Source: Mustelus asterias
Lineage: Eukaryota
Assembly: GCF_964213995.1 (NCBI RefSeq)
Contig: NC_135825.1
Location: forward strand, 12,710,001 to 12,774,000
Reading direction: 5' to 3'
Length of the DNA: 64,000 bases
The position numbers were made by a program, and so were the translations under genes. Shown here piece after piece: positions 1-11,575 of this stretch; position 1 is the stretch's first letter; every line of letters starts with the position of its first letter. A model generated the notes under the pieces. The model worked only from the letters and a program-made list of their open reading frames with translations. It made no database searches and was not told the origin of the DNA.

Positions 1-196
1 ATCTTGCTGTCTTGCCTCTGCTGCAACAAGGCTGTAAGATCCTACCCCCTGTTCCTGTGGAGTTGCACCCTGCAAATATCAGTACTTTCAGCTGTATAAA
101 AGGGGGAAAGAAATTGGGAAATTGAAGAAGAGTCACCGGAGAATGAAAATTACTTTCAATTTAGAGAAATTAACTTCCTTCTCTTTGTCTTCACAG

Positions 197-306
197 CACC
201 TCAAATGTTTTCATCGCACTGGTGGTCCCTGTGCTCGGAGCATTATTTGTAGTGATCCTTATTACTAGTATTCTTGTTGCAAGATGCAGAAAGAAATCTG
301 CGGCTG
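197..306 (+). CDS. Gene A transmembrane exon of a type I membrane receptor, probably CD300/pIgR-like (TSNVFIALVVPVLGALFVVILITSILVARCRKKSAA)
   Basis: Acceptor tctttgtcttcacag at 195-196 and donor G|gtaagt at 307. Encodes ~23 hydrophobic residues followed by the RCRKK stop-transfer. Phase 2 in / phase 1 out, the same as the TM exon of gene C. Confidence 0.8.
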
Positions 307-461
307 GTAAGTTACAGAATTTCAAAAATTCCAATTCCAAATTAAAAGGAAATCCTCTCTCTTTCCAACTGGACAAAGTCAAGAGTGAAGCAGGAAATTT
401 CCCCCAGAGCACCTTCTGCTAAATTGTCCGCAATTGCCTCCAGAGAGGCAGTAATGGGGTT

Positions 462-712
462 TGTGATAACCCCCCAGGGACTTGCATGGGGACATCACTG
501 ATTGACCTCCCTATAGGACTTGTTGAATCCATGGTGATTGGCAATTACCTTACCAGGTGGAGTTCGTATGCAGAGCCCCTTATAAAGCAGGCCCCTGAGT
601 GGGTCCATTAATGTGGACCTGTTTGTGTTCATCACAGGCTTGTGGTTGTGCTTTCCTTTGTTTTGTGCAATAAAGCACTGTTCCTTTACAGCTGACTCCT
701 GGAGATTTTATA
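462..712 (+). mobile_element. Solo LTR
   Basis: TG...TA ends (CA decayed), TATAAA at ~581, AATAAA at ~669, perfect 5-bp TSD GGGTT (457-461 / 713-717). Confidence 0.7.
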
Positions 713-1089
713 GGGTTACTGCAGATTATGGTATCACGACAACTCCAAGGAACTTCACAGCCTGAGTCACAGTTACAAATTTCACCTGGGCAAAAGCAGT
801 ATCTCGCAGGTTAGAGTACAAGGGTCTCCCCTTCAGCCATAGCAGAGTGTAAAATAGACTCCACACAGCCAGTAGCTAGTCACAGGCTCCTGAGAAGCCT
901 AAATAGCGTCAATCAACAGCCACAAGAGACAGGGCCAATGCGAGATGCAAAGAAAGAGAGAATACTTGTATTTATACAACACCATTCACCTCAGAACATT
1001 CCACAGGGCTTTGCAGCAAATCAAGTACTTTTTTAATGTTGCAAATGTAGAAGATGCAACAAGCTCCCACAAACCAGCTTGTCTACTAA

Positions 1090-1585
1090 AAGGACGTGGA
1101 GGCTTTGGAGAGAGTGCAGAAAAGGTTTACCAGGATGTGGCCTGGTATGGAGCATATTAGGTATGAGGAGAGTTTGAATAAACAGGGATTGTTCTCCCTG
1201 GAAAGACGGAGGCTGAGGGGCGACCTGAGAGAAGTTTATAAAATTATGAGAGGTATCGATGGGGTGAACAGTTGGAAGCTTTTTCCCAGGGCAGAAATGA
1301 CAATTACAAGGGGGCACAATTCAAGGTAACGGGGGAAAGGTTCAGTGGAGATGTGCGGGGGAAGTTTTTTACACAGAGGGTGGTGGGAGCCTGGAATGCA
1401 CTGCCAAGTGAGGTGGTTGAGGTAGACACGTTAGCGACATTTAAGACTTATCTGGATAGACACATGAACAGATGGGGAATAGAGGGATATAAGCGTTTGG
1501 TTTAGATAGGTAAACATGATCGGCGCAGACTTGGAGGTCCGAATGACCTGTTCCTGTGCTGTGCTGTTCTTTATTCTTTGTTCTT
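1090..1585 (+). mobile_element. CR1/HER1-like LINE 3' fragment
   Basis: RT C-terminal peptides (ALERVQKRFTRM..., GLFSLERRRLRGDL, FFTQRVVGAWNALP) with a frameshift and a (TTCT)-type tail. Confidence 0.9.
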
Positions 1586-2324
1586 TTTTATTTTAGTGGT
1601 ATTGGTTGAGGGATAAATATTAGTCAGGACACTGGGAAATATTCCCTTTCTCACCCTTGATATGGGAGCACAGAACCTTCAACATTCGCCTAAAGCAGAC
1701 GGAGGCCTCAGTTTACCATCTTATCCAAAAGGCGGATTCCCAAACGGTGCTTCACTGTCTCAGTGACGCACTGGAGTGTCAGGCTGGATCTTTGTGTTTG
1801 AGTCTATGCAGAAGGACTTGAAGCCACAACCCACTGACTCAGAGTGTTACCAACTGAGGCACAGCTGACACCTGCAGGAATCTCTAGGGCGGCAGTAGCC
1901 AAGCCGAACAATGACTCAGAATATGCTTTGGCCCTGCAGATTTAAATGAAGCCATAGAAAGAGAACAATATACAATGCAGTGCACACAAGTAGTAAGTGT
2001 GCAAAGAGCTGGTCTAAATACGATTTCTCAAACAGACAAGAGTGGAAAGTTAAAAGTGATATATTTGAATTTGATTAAAATCAGTGTTTAAACATCATAG
2101 ACTACATTTCATGTTTTTATTAACAAAATCGGGAAAGCAGTCTCATGGGTTCAAATGCCATTGCAGTCAGCAGTTGAGTAGCTAGGGGGCTCCAAATGAA
2201 GCAGTTTCCAGTAATTGCCAGCCAGTAATACAATATCTTCCTTTAGTTGCATTGGAATTAACAATAGCCTGGCTCTTTGGCCGATCCACACCAATAGATT
2301 GTCACAAAGGTGGGAATTTCTTCC

Positions 2325-2740
2325 AGCACAGTGATTAGTACTGCTGCCTCACAGCGCCAGGGACCCAGGTTCGATTCCCGGCCTTGAGTCACTCTCTGTG
2401 CAGAGTCTGCACGTTCCCCCCTTGTCTGCGTGGGTTTCTTCCGGTGCTCCGGTTTCATCCCACAGTCCAAAAGACGTGCTGGTTAAGTGTGTTGTGATGT
2501 GGAGATGCCGGCGTTGGACTGGGGTAAGCACAGTAAGAAGTCTCACAACACCAGGTTAAAGTCCAACAGGTTTATTTGGTAGCAAATACCATAAGCTTTC
2601 GGAGCACAGCTCCTTGTGTTGGCCATGCTAAATTCTCCCTCAGTGTATCCAAACAGGCGCTGGAGTGTGGCGACTAGGGGATTTTCACAGTAACTTCACT
2701 GCAGTGTTAATGCAAGCCTACTTGTGACACTAATAAACTT
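2325..2740 (+). mobile_element. HE1-like V-SINE with alternative 3' tail, interrupted by a Penelope-like fragment (2494-2614)
   Basis: tRNA-like head (GGTTCGATTCCC B-box) and V-core. Insert is flanked by TGTGTT direct repeats (2488-2493 / 2615-2620). Confidence 0.8.
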
Positions 2741-3095
2741 AGTCTTAAAGATACAAGAACACAAAAAGTAGAAGCAGGAGTTGGCCATCAAGCCATTCAA
2801 TACTATCTTGGCTAATCTAAATGTGTCAATTAAAATAGCACACTGAAGTATGTCATATAATTTTCCAAATTCCAGTGTGCTAAGATTAAATATTACAAGG
2901 AATAATTTCTGGTCTTGTATATTTGATTCTATTTGTCCAACCTGATCTCGGATATTAGGACACTACCTTTTAGAAAACAAGTCTTTTGCAAATGTACAGT
3001 AAAAGGGCAGGTCATTAAAATATATACAATGATTAATTCACAATATTATTTTTCAACTTTCATAACATTGCATTTTGTATGTGTATCATTCTTAG

Positions 3096-3151
3096 GCAAG
3101 AAAAAATTAGCACATACAGAGGAAGAATCTAACCCAGTCGATAGTGGTCTG
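3096..3151 (+). CDS. Gene A cytoplasmic exon (GKKKLAHTEEESNPVDSGL)
   Basis: cattcttag| acceptor and CTG|gtaaga donor. Phase 1 start matches the preceding exon. Lies in non-repetitive sequence. Confidence 0.7.
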
Positions 3152-3261
3152 GTAAGAGTTTCACGTAGAAAATCATCTAATGCTTTACATCTAACTATTC
3201 CTCATTTCAAGTGCCAAGTTTATTTATGGTCACAAAGCTAAAAGTCAAGTATTTGGGTACA

Positions 3262-4012
3262 AAAGCAAAATATTGCAGATGCTGGAAATTTGAAATTTGA
3301 AATTTGAAATTTGAAGTTTGAAATTTGAAATTTGAAATAGAACATGCTGGAAATGTTCAGCAGGTCCAGCAGCATCTGTACCGAGAGAGACAAGTTAATA
3401 GTTCACATCTATGAGTTTTGTCAGAACTGGAAATTTGAGTTTGAGATGTAATAACTATTAGACAAGTACAAAGGGAGCGAAAGGTGGAGGGGGAAAGAGT
3501 AAAGGTGAAGGTTTGTGGGAGGGTGAAAGGCAGGAGAGATTAAATGACAAAAGGAAGGATAGTGCAGGACAGAAAAAGATAGTCGAGGCTAAGTGAAGGA
3601 ACTAAAGATGGATCTCAGAAGATGTAAATGGGAAAGGAAAATGATCACCTTCCAAAAAAAAACAGGGGCAGGGGTTATGATCTGAAATTAGTGAATTCTG
3701 TCCAGAAAATTGCAAAGTGCCTATTTGAAAAATAAGATTCATGTCCCTCGCGCTGACAGTGAGTTTCATTGGAAGAGTTTAGAAGGCAAAGGACAGAGAG
3801 TTAAGGGTGGGATAAAGGCAAAATACTGCAGATGCTGGAATCTGAAACAAAAACAGAAAAGGCTGGAAAATCTCAGCATGTCTGACAGCCTCTGCGGAGA
3901 GACAATAGAGCCAATGTTTTGAGTCTGGATAAACCTTTGTCAGAGCTCTCTGTCAGCTCTAACGAAGGGTAATCCAGACTCGAAACGTTGGCTCTGTTCT
4001 ATCTCCACAGAT
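3262..4012. mobile_element. Penelope-like element terminal fragments, including an inverted pair at ~3893-4012 and a (TTTGAAA)n expansion at ~3288-3337
   Basis: Recurrent ...gcaaaatactgcagatgctggaatctgaaa... terminus and hammerhead-like motif, the same family as 61000-61680. Confidence 0.65.
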
Positions 4013-4633
4013 AGGAGTGGCAGTTGGGCAGAGGATTAAAATGGAATTAAAACAGAAGCTGAGGGTCACACCTGCGGACCGAACAGAAGTGTTTCACAAA
4101 AGATAAGAACAAAGGATGCACACTGCGTGGAGTTTGCACGCTCTCCCTGTGTCTGTGTGGGCTTCCTCCGGGTGCTCCTGTTTCCTCCCACAGTCCAAAG
4201 ATGTGCAGGTTAGGTGGATAGGTCATATTAAATTGCCCCTTCATGTCCAAAGGTGTGCAAGGTTAGGGGGATTAGCAGGGTAAATACGTGAGGTTATGGG
4301 GTAAGCCTGGGTATGAATTGGTGCAGACTTGATGGGTCGAATGGCCTCTTTCTGCACTGTAGGCATTCTATGATTCTATGATTTTATGATATAAAATAAT
4401 CACCCAAACTCAGTTTGGTATCCACAAGGTAAAGACCACCATGTTGTGAGCAGTGAGCACCTTAGACTAAATTAAGCGCAAGTACTTAGGTTAAAATCAG
4501 TTCAAACCAAAACTTCTTTTGAACAAAGTACTGAAACTTGAATTTGGATGGAATGGTTCACTTGTACTTTTATTACTCAAATTCAATTCATTGCCCAGTT
4601 TTTTTAGTGTTACAATAATAGATTAATGCAGAT

Positions 4634-5422
4634 CAGTGATGGCCAAGCTAGGCTAGTGAGTGGGTTCCTTAGTGGCCCTCTTTCATCTCCGCAAGATTGA
4701 AATCAGGACCTGTTTGCTAACCATGACCCCATGAATAAGATAAAATACTGATTTGATTTGATTTGATTCATTGTTGTTAAATGTATTGGAATACATTGAA
4801 AAGCATTGATTCTTGCGTTCTCTGCTGACAAAGCATACCATTCATAGAGTACATAAAGGAGAAGGAAAGGAGAGGGGGCAGAATGCAGTGTTACAGTCAT
4901 AGCTAAGGTGTAGAGAAAGATCAACTTAATATAAGGTTGGTCCATTCAAAATGGCAGCGGGGAAGAAGCTGTTCTTGAGTCGGTTGGTACGTGTCCTCAG
5001 ACTTTTGTATCTTTTTCCCGGAGGGAGAAGGTGGAAGAGAGTATCGAAGGGAGTAAACACATTTAATACATGACAAATATTTCATACCGAGTTACAGAAA
5101 ATGCTTAATCATTTATATATTAATAGAACATCGACGACAAATGTTATAAACAAAAAGAAAATTACATTTTGGATACAGAGGGAGCGCACGGCTCTCAGAG
5201 TCAATGTTAGGAGCAATCAGCACGCACCTCACTTCACTTGCCTTTGCTTTACATGCGTCTCACTTCAGTCATACCAGTAGGAAATAAACTACATGGACGG
5301 AAATCAGCAGAGTGTGGTGCGCGCGCGCATGGGAAACAAGTCAACAAAATGTCTCATTGACCACAGTCGGAATCCAGATAGGCCACATGTGGCCCCCCCA
5401 GGGCACAGGTTGCCCACCACTG
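4634..5422. mobile_element. hAT-like non-autonomous DNA transposon interrupted by a LINE 3' end
   Basis: TIRs CAGTGATGGCCAA / TTGCCCACCACTG. Degenerate 8-bp TSD ATGCAGAT / ATGTTGAG. Confidence 0.55.
4750..5045 (-). mobile_element. Rex1/Babar (L2-group) LINE 3' fragment
   Basis: (ATTTG)n tail; homologous to 8222-9030 and 24746-25555. Confidence 0.75.
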
Positions 5423-5474
5423 ATGTTGAGGCGAAGGTAACAATGGAATAACTCTCACCATTCCTCTTTAAAGT

Positions 5475-5705
5475 GGCACAGTAAAAAGCCTCACAACACC
5501 GGCTTAAAGTCCAACAGGTTTATTTGATAGCACGAGCTTTTGGAGCGCTGCCCCTTCATCAGGTGAGAGGTAGCCAGCCCACTCACCTGGTGAAGGGCAG
5601 CGCTCCGAAAGCTCGTGATTCCAAATAAACCTGTTGGACTTTAACCTGGTGTCGCGCGACCTCTTACTGTGCCCATCCCCAGTCCCAACGCCGGCATCTC
5701 CACAC
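5475..5705. mobile_element. Palindromic Penelope-like terminal element with two inverted hammerhead-bearing arms
   Basis: Arms 5475-5567 and 5582-5673 are reverse complements. Each has a CTGNTGA-AGG(G)GCAGCGCTCC-(G)AAAGCTCGTG motif. Confidence 0.75.
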
Positions 5706-5842
5706 CACGGCCTTTAAAATGACAACAGAAAGAAATGCCACACCTTTTTACCTAGTCAGTTACATTTAACTTCACAACTTCAAAGTAAATGAGTGCAAGG
5801 CACCCTGGAATGCCGAAGTCATGTTAACGTTCTGACAGGTTG

Positions 5843-6172
5843 GGGCGGCACGGTAGCACAGTGGTTAGCACTGCTGCTTCACAGCTCCAGGGACCTGGGT
5901 TCGATTCCCGGCTCGGGTCACTGTCTGTGTGGAGTTTGCACATTCTCCTCGTGTCTGCGTGGGTTTCCTCCAAGTGCTCCGGCTTCCTCCCACAGTCCAA
6001 AGATGTGCGGGTTAGGTTGATTGGCCATGCTAAAATTGCCACTTAGTGTCCTGGGATGCGGGGATTAGCGGGTGGGATATGGGGGTAGGGCCTGGGTGGG
6101 ATTGTGATTGGTGCAGACTCGATGGGCCGAATGGCCTCTTTCTGTACTGTGGGGTTTCTATAATTTCTATGA
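5843..6172 (+). mobile_element. HE1 V-SINE, full length
   Basis: GGGCGGCACGGTAGCACAGTGGTTAGC tRNA-like head, V-domain (GTGTGGAGTTTGCACATTCTCC), CR1-derived tail (GGGCCGAATGGCCT...TTCTATG). Confidence 0.9.
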
Positions 6173-6312
6173 GGTTCCTCGAATGAATGAACCAATTCAT
6201 AATTAAACCAATGATCATAATGGAAAACAAAACATTAGCAGCTAGATGTTTGGTAAGGAAAGTCTCTAATAAATGCTGTTGCTGCTCCCCAGTGTCTTAA
6301 TAAATAAGTACA

Positions 6313-6652
6313 TCATAGAATCCCTACAGTACAGAAAGAGGCCATTCGGCCCATCGAGTCTGCACCGACCACAATCCCACCCAGGCCCTACCTCCATATC
6401 CTTACATATTTTACCCACTAATCCCTCTAACCTACACATCTCAGGACACTAAGGGGCAATTTAGAATGGCCAATCAACCTAACCCGCACATCTTTGGACT
6501 GTGGGAGGAAACCGGAGCACCCGGAGGAAACCCATGCAGACACGAGGAGAATGTGCAAACTCCACACAGACAGTGACCTAAGCCGGGAATCGAACCCAGG
6601 TCCCTGGCGCTGTGAAGCAGCAGTGCTAACCACTGCGCTACCGTGCCGCCCA
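6313..6652 (-). mobile_element. HE1 V-SINE, full length
   Basis: Reverse-complement copy of the same consensus. Confidence 0.9.
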
Positions 6653-6714
6653 TTCTCTGGTGTGGCCCAGAGTCTAGTAGTTGGTTCAGTAATTACAACT
6701 ATAGCAGCACAGGA

Positions 6715-7030
6715 ATTAGGAGCAGAAGTTGGCAAATTTAACCCTTCGAGCCTGCTCCGCCATTCAATCAGATCATGGCTGATCTCTCCCCGGTCTCACA
6801 TCCACCTCCCCACCTGTTCCCCATATCCCTCTTTTTCTTAGCAGTCTGTCTATCTCCCTCTTGAAAACATTTAATGCTACAGACTCCCACCGCGCTGTGG
6901 GGCAGCGAGTTCCACACATTCACCACCCTCTGCGAGAAGTAGTTCCTCCTCATCTCAGTTTTAAATCTCCCACCTCTCAACCTCTACCTGTGACCTCTTG
7001 TTCTAGATTTCCCCATAAGAGGAAACGGTT
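6715..7030 (-). mobile_element. CR1-like LINE 3' fragment
   Basis: RGGRFKTEMRRNYFSQRVVNVWNSLP peptide. Confidence 0.8.
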
Positions 7031-8160
7031 GGGTCGGAATTCCCCCCCAAAAATTCTAAGGACGGTGTTTTACGACCCTGCTCGGGTGAGGCTCGTAAAA
7101 TCCCACCCGGGGCCAAGGGAGAATTCTATTCTGCTCGCCTCGTCCGCCCCGGAATCGGGCCAGGCAAGGCAGAAAAATTCCAGCCTGGAGTATTTCACGC
7201 TGTTTTTTCCACTGGGAGTTCAGACTCGAATCTCCCACACGCTGTGCACTGCAGAGGCCACCAGCGTGCATATCATTAACTTTCAAGGGGCGGAGCCGCT
7301 GGAGAGGCTGAAATCAGTGCGCTGAGTGGGCTTCTGCACATGTGCTGATCTGTCAGTGCCGAGGTCAGCGCCGGGGCAGTGACCCCGCACTGATGGTCTC
7401 CTAATCGCTGGCCAGCCCCACGGCCCCCGTAATGCTGGCTCACCACCGCCCCCCCCCCCCCCCCCCCCCCCCCCCAACGACCTGATCACTGACCCCTGAC
7501 CATTCCTGGGCTAGACCCTGATGCACCCGCCCAACCCGCCGCGATCTCCAGCACCCCCCCCCGATAGTAAACCCCCCCAGCAGTCCAGACACCCCCCCCC
7601 CCCACCTCCCCCCCCCCCCCCCCCAGCAGGCTGATTCCCCCCAAGCCACACCCCGACCGCTGTCCTCTCTCCTTCCCCCACCGATCCCTATGCAGAGTGG
7701 CAATAGGACCCCCTACTCCCACCTATCGCCGCATAGGCTCTACCCTCTCCCCATCAGGCCCCGCCTGCCTAGGCCATGCCCCTATACGATCCACACACAC
7801 CCCCCCCCCGCCGACACTGTCCCATGCCCGATGGGCAGTGCCAAGGTGCCCCTGGGCATTGGCACTTTGTCCCTTGGGCAGTGCCAGGGCCACAGACTTG
7901 CACTGCTGGGATGCCAATGCCCAGAGGGCACCAGCCTCCCCCCCCCACCACCCAACCCTCGGAGAGACCCCCGGTTGCCCCCCTCACTCCAGCGGGGTCG
8001 GACCGCTAGTTCCCCATTAGTGGGGAGTTACTCTCAACCCCCCCGGAGTGAAACACACTGGCGGGGGGGGGGGGGGGTAGGGGAAGGTCGGGAGGGGAGG
8101 GGGGGGGGAGGGGGGGCGAGGTAGGGGAAGGTCAGGAGGGGAGGGTGGGGGAGGCTAGTT
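7031..8160. mobile_element. Harbinger-type MITE fragment (family of 25845-26898 and 35994-36969)
   Basis: Shared internal blocks (actgggagttcagactcgaatctcccacac; gggcagtgccaaggtgccc...ggcactttg) and poly-C tracts. Right TIR not found. Confidence 0.6.
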
Positions 8161-8221
8161 GGCCTGGAGACTTCTTGAAATAGACACAGAAAATATTGGA
8201 GATGCTGAACTAGTCTTTTTT

Positions 8222-9030
8222 AATTTGATTTATTATTGTCACATGCATTGGGATAGAGTGAAAAGTATCATTTCTCGTGCGCTATACAGACAAAACATAT
8301 CGTTCATAGAGTATACAGGGGAGAAGGAAAGGATAGGGTGCATGATATAGGGTTACAGTCATAGCTAGGGTGTAGAGAAAGATCAACTTTATATAAGGTA
8401 AATCCATTCAAAAGTCTGACAGCGGCAGGGAAGACGATGTTCTTGATTCGATTGGTGCGTGATCTCAGACGTTTGTATCTTTTTCCCAATGGAAGAAGGT
8501 GGAAGAGAGAATGTCCGGGGTGCGTGGGGTCCTTAATTATGCTGGCTGCTTTCCCGAGGCAGCGGGAAGTGTAGACAGAATCAATAGATGGGAGGCTGGT
8601 TTGAGTGATAGATTGGGCTTCATTCATGGCCCTTTGTAGTTTCTTGCCATCTTGGGCACAGCAGGGAACATACCAAGCTGTGATACATCCGGAAAGGATG
8701 CTTTCTATGGTATAAACATTGTTGAAAGTTGTAGAGGACATGCCAGATTTCCTTAGAGAAAGTAAAGGCGTTGATGGGCTTTCTTAACTATAGCGTCAGC
8801 AACCAGGACAGGTTGTTAGTGATCTGGACACCTAGAAACTTGAAGCTCTCGACCATTTCCACTTCATCCCCGTTGATGTAGATGAGGGCAAGTCCTCCAC
8901 TATGCTTCCTAAAGTCAACCTCTGCATTTTCATTTTACTGACATTGAGGGAGAGATTATTTTGTCGCACCAGTTCACCAGATTCTCTATCTCTTTCCTGT
9001 ACCTCGCCTCGTCATTGTTTGAGATCTGAC
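8222..9030 (-). mobile_element. Rex1/Babar (L2-group) LINE 3' fragment
   Basis: YTIESILSGCITAWY...KDPTHPGHSLFHLLP peptide and (ATTTG) tail. Confidence 0.85.
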
Positions 9031-9166
9031 CTACTGCCAGCATCTGTGGAGGGAAGAACAGAGTAAATGTTTCAGGTTGATGAAAGATTGCAGCACCTTC
9101 ATCTAATTTATGCCAGTTTTTCAATTAAATTATGGAAGGAAGTGAAAAAGAAGGAACATCTCATAT

Positions 9167-10545
9167 GGGGCAGCATGGTGGTACAGTGGTTAGCACTGTT
9201 GCCTCACAGTGCCAGGGATCCGGGTTCAATTCCAGTCTCGGATCACTGAGTTTGTACATTCTCCCCGTATTTGTGTAGGTTTCCTCCGGGTGCTCTGGTT
9301 TCCTCCCACAGTCCAAAGATGTGCAGGTTAGGTGGATTGGCCGTGCTAAATTGACCCTTAGGGCTCGATGTTACCATTTTCATTCTAAGTGCTGAATCTG
9401 GGCGCAATTCAGATCCGACTTGGAAATCTGCTTTCAGGTGCTCCTATACGCACTTAGCCTGAAAAAAAAATCACGGGTCTGAATTGCGCTATGGGTGGGG
9501 CTTAGCACGCCCGAAACGATCGGAGCTCTGAACTGCGCATGTGCAGTTAGAAAAAAAAATTGAAAATCGCACTGCTGTCACATCACTCCCGGGCCGCAAA
9601 AAGCGGATAAAGTGGCCCAGGAGTGATGGTCCCCACAGACAACAACCCCACCCCCACAACATAACTTTCCCCCTCATCCACCTACACCCCCGCTACCCAG
9701 ACCAATCGCGACCCCCTGCCCCCTTCTCCCCCCACCCATCACCCGCAGAGTGGCAGTGGACCCCCCTGCCCCTGCGTCGTCCCCCCCGCACCAGAGGTCC
9801 ATCTGGCCTCCCTTCCCCCCCCACCACCAGACAACAATCTGCCCTCCTCCCCACCCTCCCCACCCAGACAACGATTGGGCCTAACTCCTCCCCCCCCCAC
9901 CAGACAACGATCTGCCTTCCTCCCTCCCCACCACCAGAGATACATCTGACCTGCCTCCCTTCTCCCACACCTGCCCCCCTCCCCCCAACCAGAGAATGAT
10001 CTGGCCCCCCACACCCTCCCCCCACCCGCCCCCCCCCCCCCCCCCCCCCCCCAACCACAACCGATCTGAGTCAGAGAGCCGTTGGAAGCTCTGAACTTAC
10101 CTCTTCAGCAACTGGAGCGCTCGAAACAGACCTTTTGTTGAGCATGTCTGTTTTGCGCCGAATCTGGACGCGTGAACGCGGTGGTAAAGGGGGAAATGCT
10201 GATAAAGTTGGGCGGGCAGTTTATAAATTCAATTTAAATGCATGCAAATGCATTTAAATCGCCGTTGCGCCCGTTTCGGGCACGAACCGGATTGCGGCCA
10301 TTCCCGGGCCTTGGTAAAGTGGTCATCCGCGCGGGCGCGGATCGCGTTAATGGCCTCACGCCCGACTTTACCACGTTTTCACGTCCGAAAATCGGCGGGA
10401 CGGCAATGGTAAAATCGGGTCCATACTGTCAGGGGGATTAGCAGGGTAAATATGAGGGGATATGGGGATAGGGCCTGGGTGGGATTGTGGTCGGTGCAGA
10501 CTCAATGGGCCAAATGGCCTCCTTCTGCACTGTGGGGATTCTGTG
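9167..10545 (+). mobile_element. HE1 SINE split by a Harbinger MITE
   Basis: 5' part 9167-9360 and 3' part ~10423-10545 rejoin as ...ttgaccctta/ctgtcagggggattagc. Confidence 0.85.
9361..10422 (-). mobile_element. Non-autonomous deletion derivative (MITE) of the Harbinger at 52435-58834
   Basis: Both ends match that element's subterminal sequences (attctaagtgctgaatctg...; gcaatggtaaaatcgg). 3-bp TTA / ATA flanks. Confidence 0.85.
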
Positions 10546-10643
10546 CAATAATTAAATTCTTTGCCAGTCACAAGTTTTGCATTTCCTTCTGTTTGAAATC
10601 AACTGCCCTGTGTGACAATGTTAACTTGTTCACTTTTCAAAAG

Positions 10644-10736
10644 CTTTTCAGAGACATCCATGGCCAAGACATCACATATGACATGGATGCGAGGATGTCC
10701 AGCTTTCAGAGAGAAGACTTTCCGCCTTATATTTAA
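10644..10736 (+). CDS. Gene A probable terminal coding exon (LFRDIHGQDITYDMDARMSSFQREDFPPYI*)
   Basis: ttgttcacttttcaaaag| acceptor, phase 0 compatible. Followed by unique AT-rich sequence with AATAAA at ~11042 and ~11648. An alternative acceptor at 10651 or a missed intervening exon cannot be excluded. Confidence 0.55.
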   Translation, partial: LFRDIHGQDITYDMDARMSSFQREDFPPYI

Positions 10737-11272
10737 GAAACATCAGCACAAACAAAGGAGCCTGTCTAATTAGGAAGCAGTGCTGTCCTTTCAGGACAAG
10801 TTCAATGGCTCTACACTTGGATTTCAATAACGCTTCTGTTCCCATCGCTTTCAATTTACATGCTACCCGAGGACAGTCCGAAGCCCCCACTTTAACCAAA
10901 GTTGCCATCTCTGCCAACAACTTCAGTTCCATAGCCTGCGTGGCATTTGAAGAAATTTAGCCATTATTGCTGGGGCTATTAACAGATAAATGCACAATAC
11001 CTTTGCATTACGACCCATTATCCATGACTGGTAACTCATCAAATAAATAGATTATTGTCTGTTCTGAAGTTTTCAGACAGGGAAATGTCACACAGACAAT
11101 TTGCATGTTCATCCACTGATATCACCAACAATAATTCTGATGTAAACTGTCTCCGACTGCCTCTGTAAATTCTTTTTATAAAACGATTGTATTACAAGAT
11201 TTTTTTTTTGTCCATCTGATCTGATCATTGATTATTTCGATTGATCAAACATCAATAACTTCCAGCTTTGAC

Positions 11273-11575
11273 AAAGTGTGGAGATGCCGGCGTTGGACTG
11301 GGATGGGCACAATAAGTAGTCTCACAACACCAGGTTAAAGTCCAACAGGTTTATTTGGTGACACGAGCTTTCGGAACGCCGCTCCTTCATCGGGTGAGTG
11401 CAGGATTTGTTTCACCTGGTGTTGTGAGGCTACTTACTGAGTTTTGACAAAGGGTCGTCTGGACTCGAAACGTCAGCTCCTTTCTCTCCTTACAGATGCT
11501 GCCAGACCTGCTGAGATTTTCCAGCATTTTCTCTTTTGGTTTCAGATTCCAGCATCTGCAGTAACTTGCTTTTAT
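11273..11575. mobile_element. Composite of two Penelope-like terminal fragments in opposite orientation
   Basis: Family 1 (minus strand, 11273-11400) abuts family 2 (plus strand, 11439-11575). Both carry hammerhead motifs. Confidence 0.7.
11439..11479 (+). ncRNA. Minimal type I hammerhead ribozyme motif, U3-A8 variant
   Basis: GAGTT|TTGACAA-A-GGGTC gtctg GACTC-GAAA-C-GTC|AGCTC: stem I, core, stem II and a loopless palindromic stem III. Confidence 0.6.

Noticed and set aside
5843-5915. tRNA genes suggested by GGTTCGATTCCC motifs (many copies)
   Set aside because: All are heads of HE1 or other SINEs followed by core and LINE-derived tails.
7283-8124. Pro/Gly-rich ORFs (also 9489-10058, 12343-12833, 35962-36922)
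   Set aside because: Produced by poly-C/G tracts inside MITE or low-complexity sequence.
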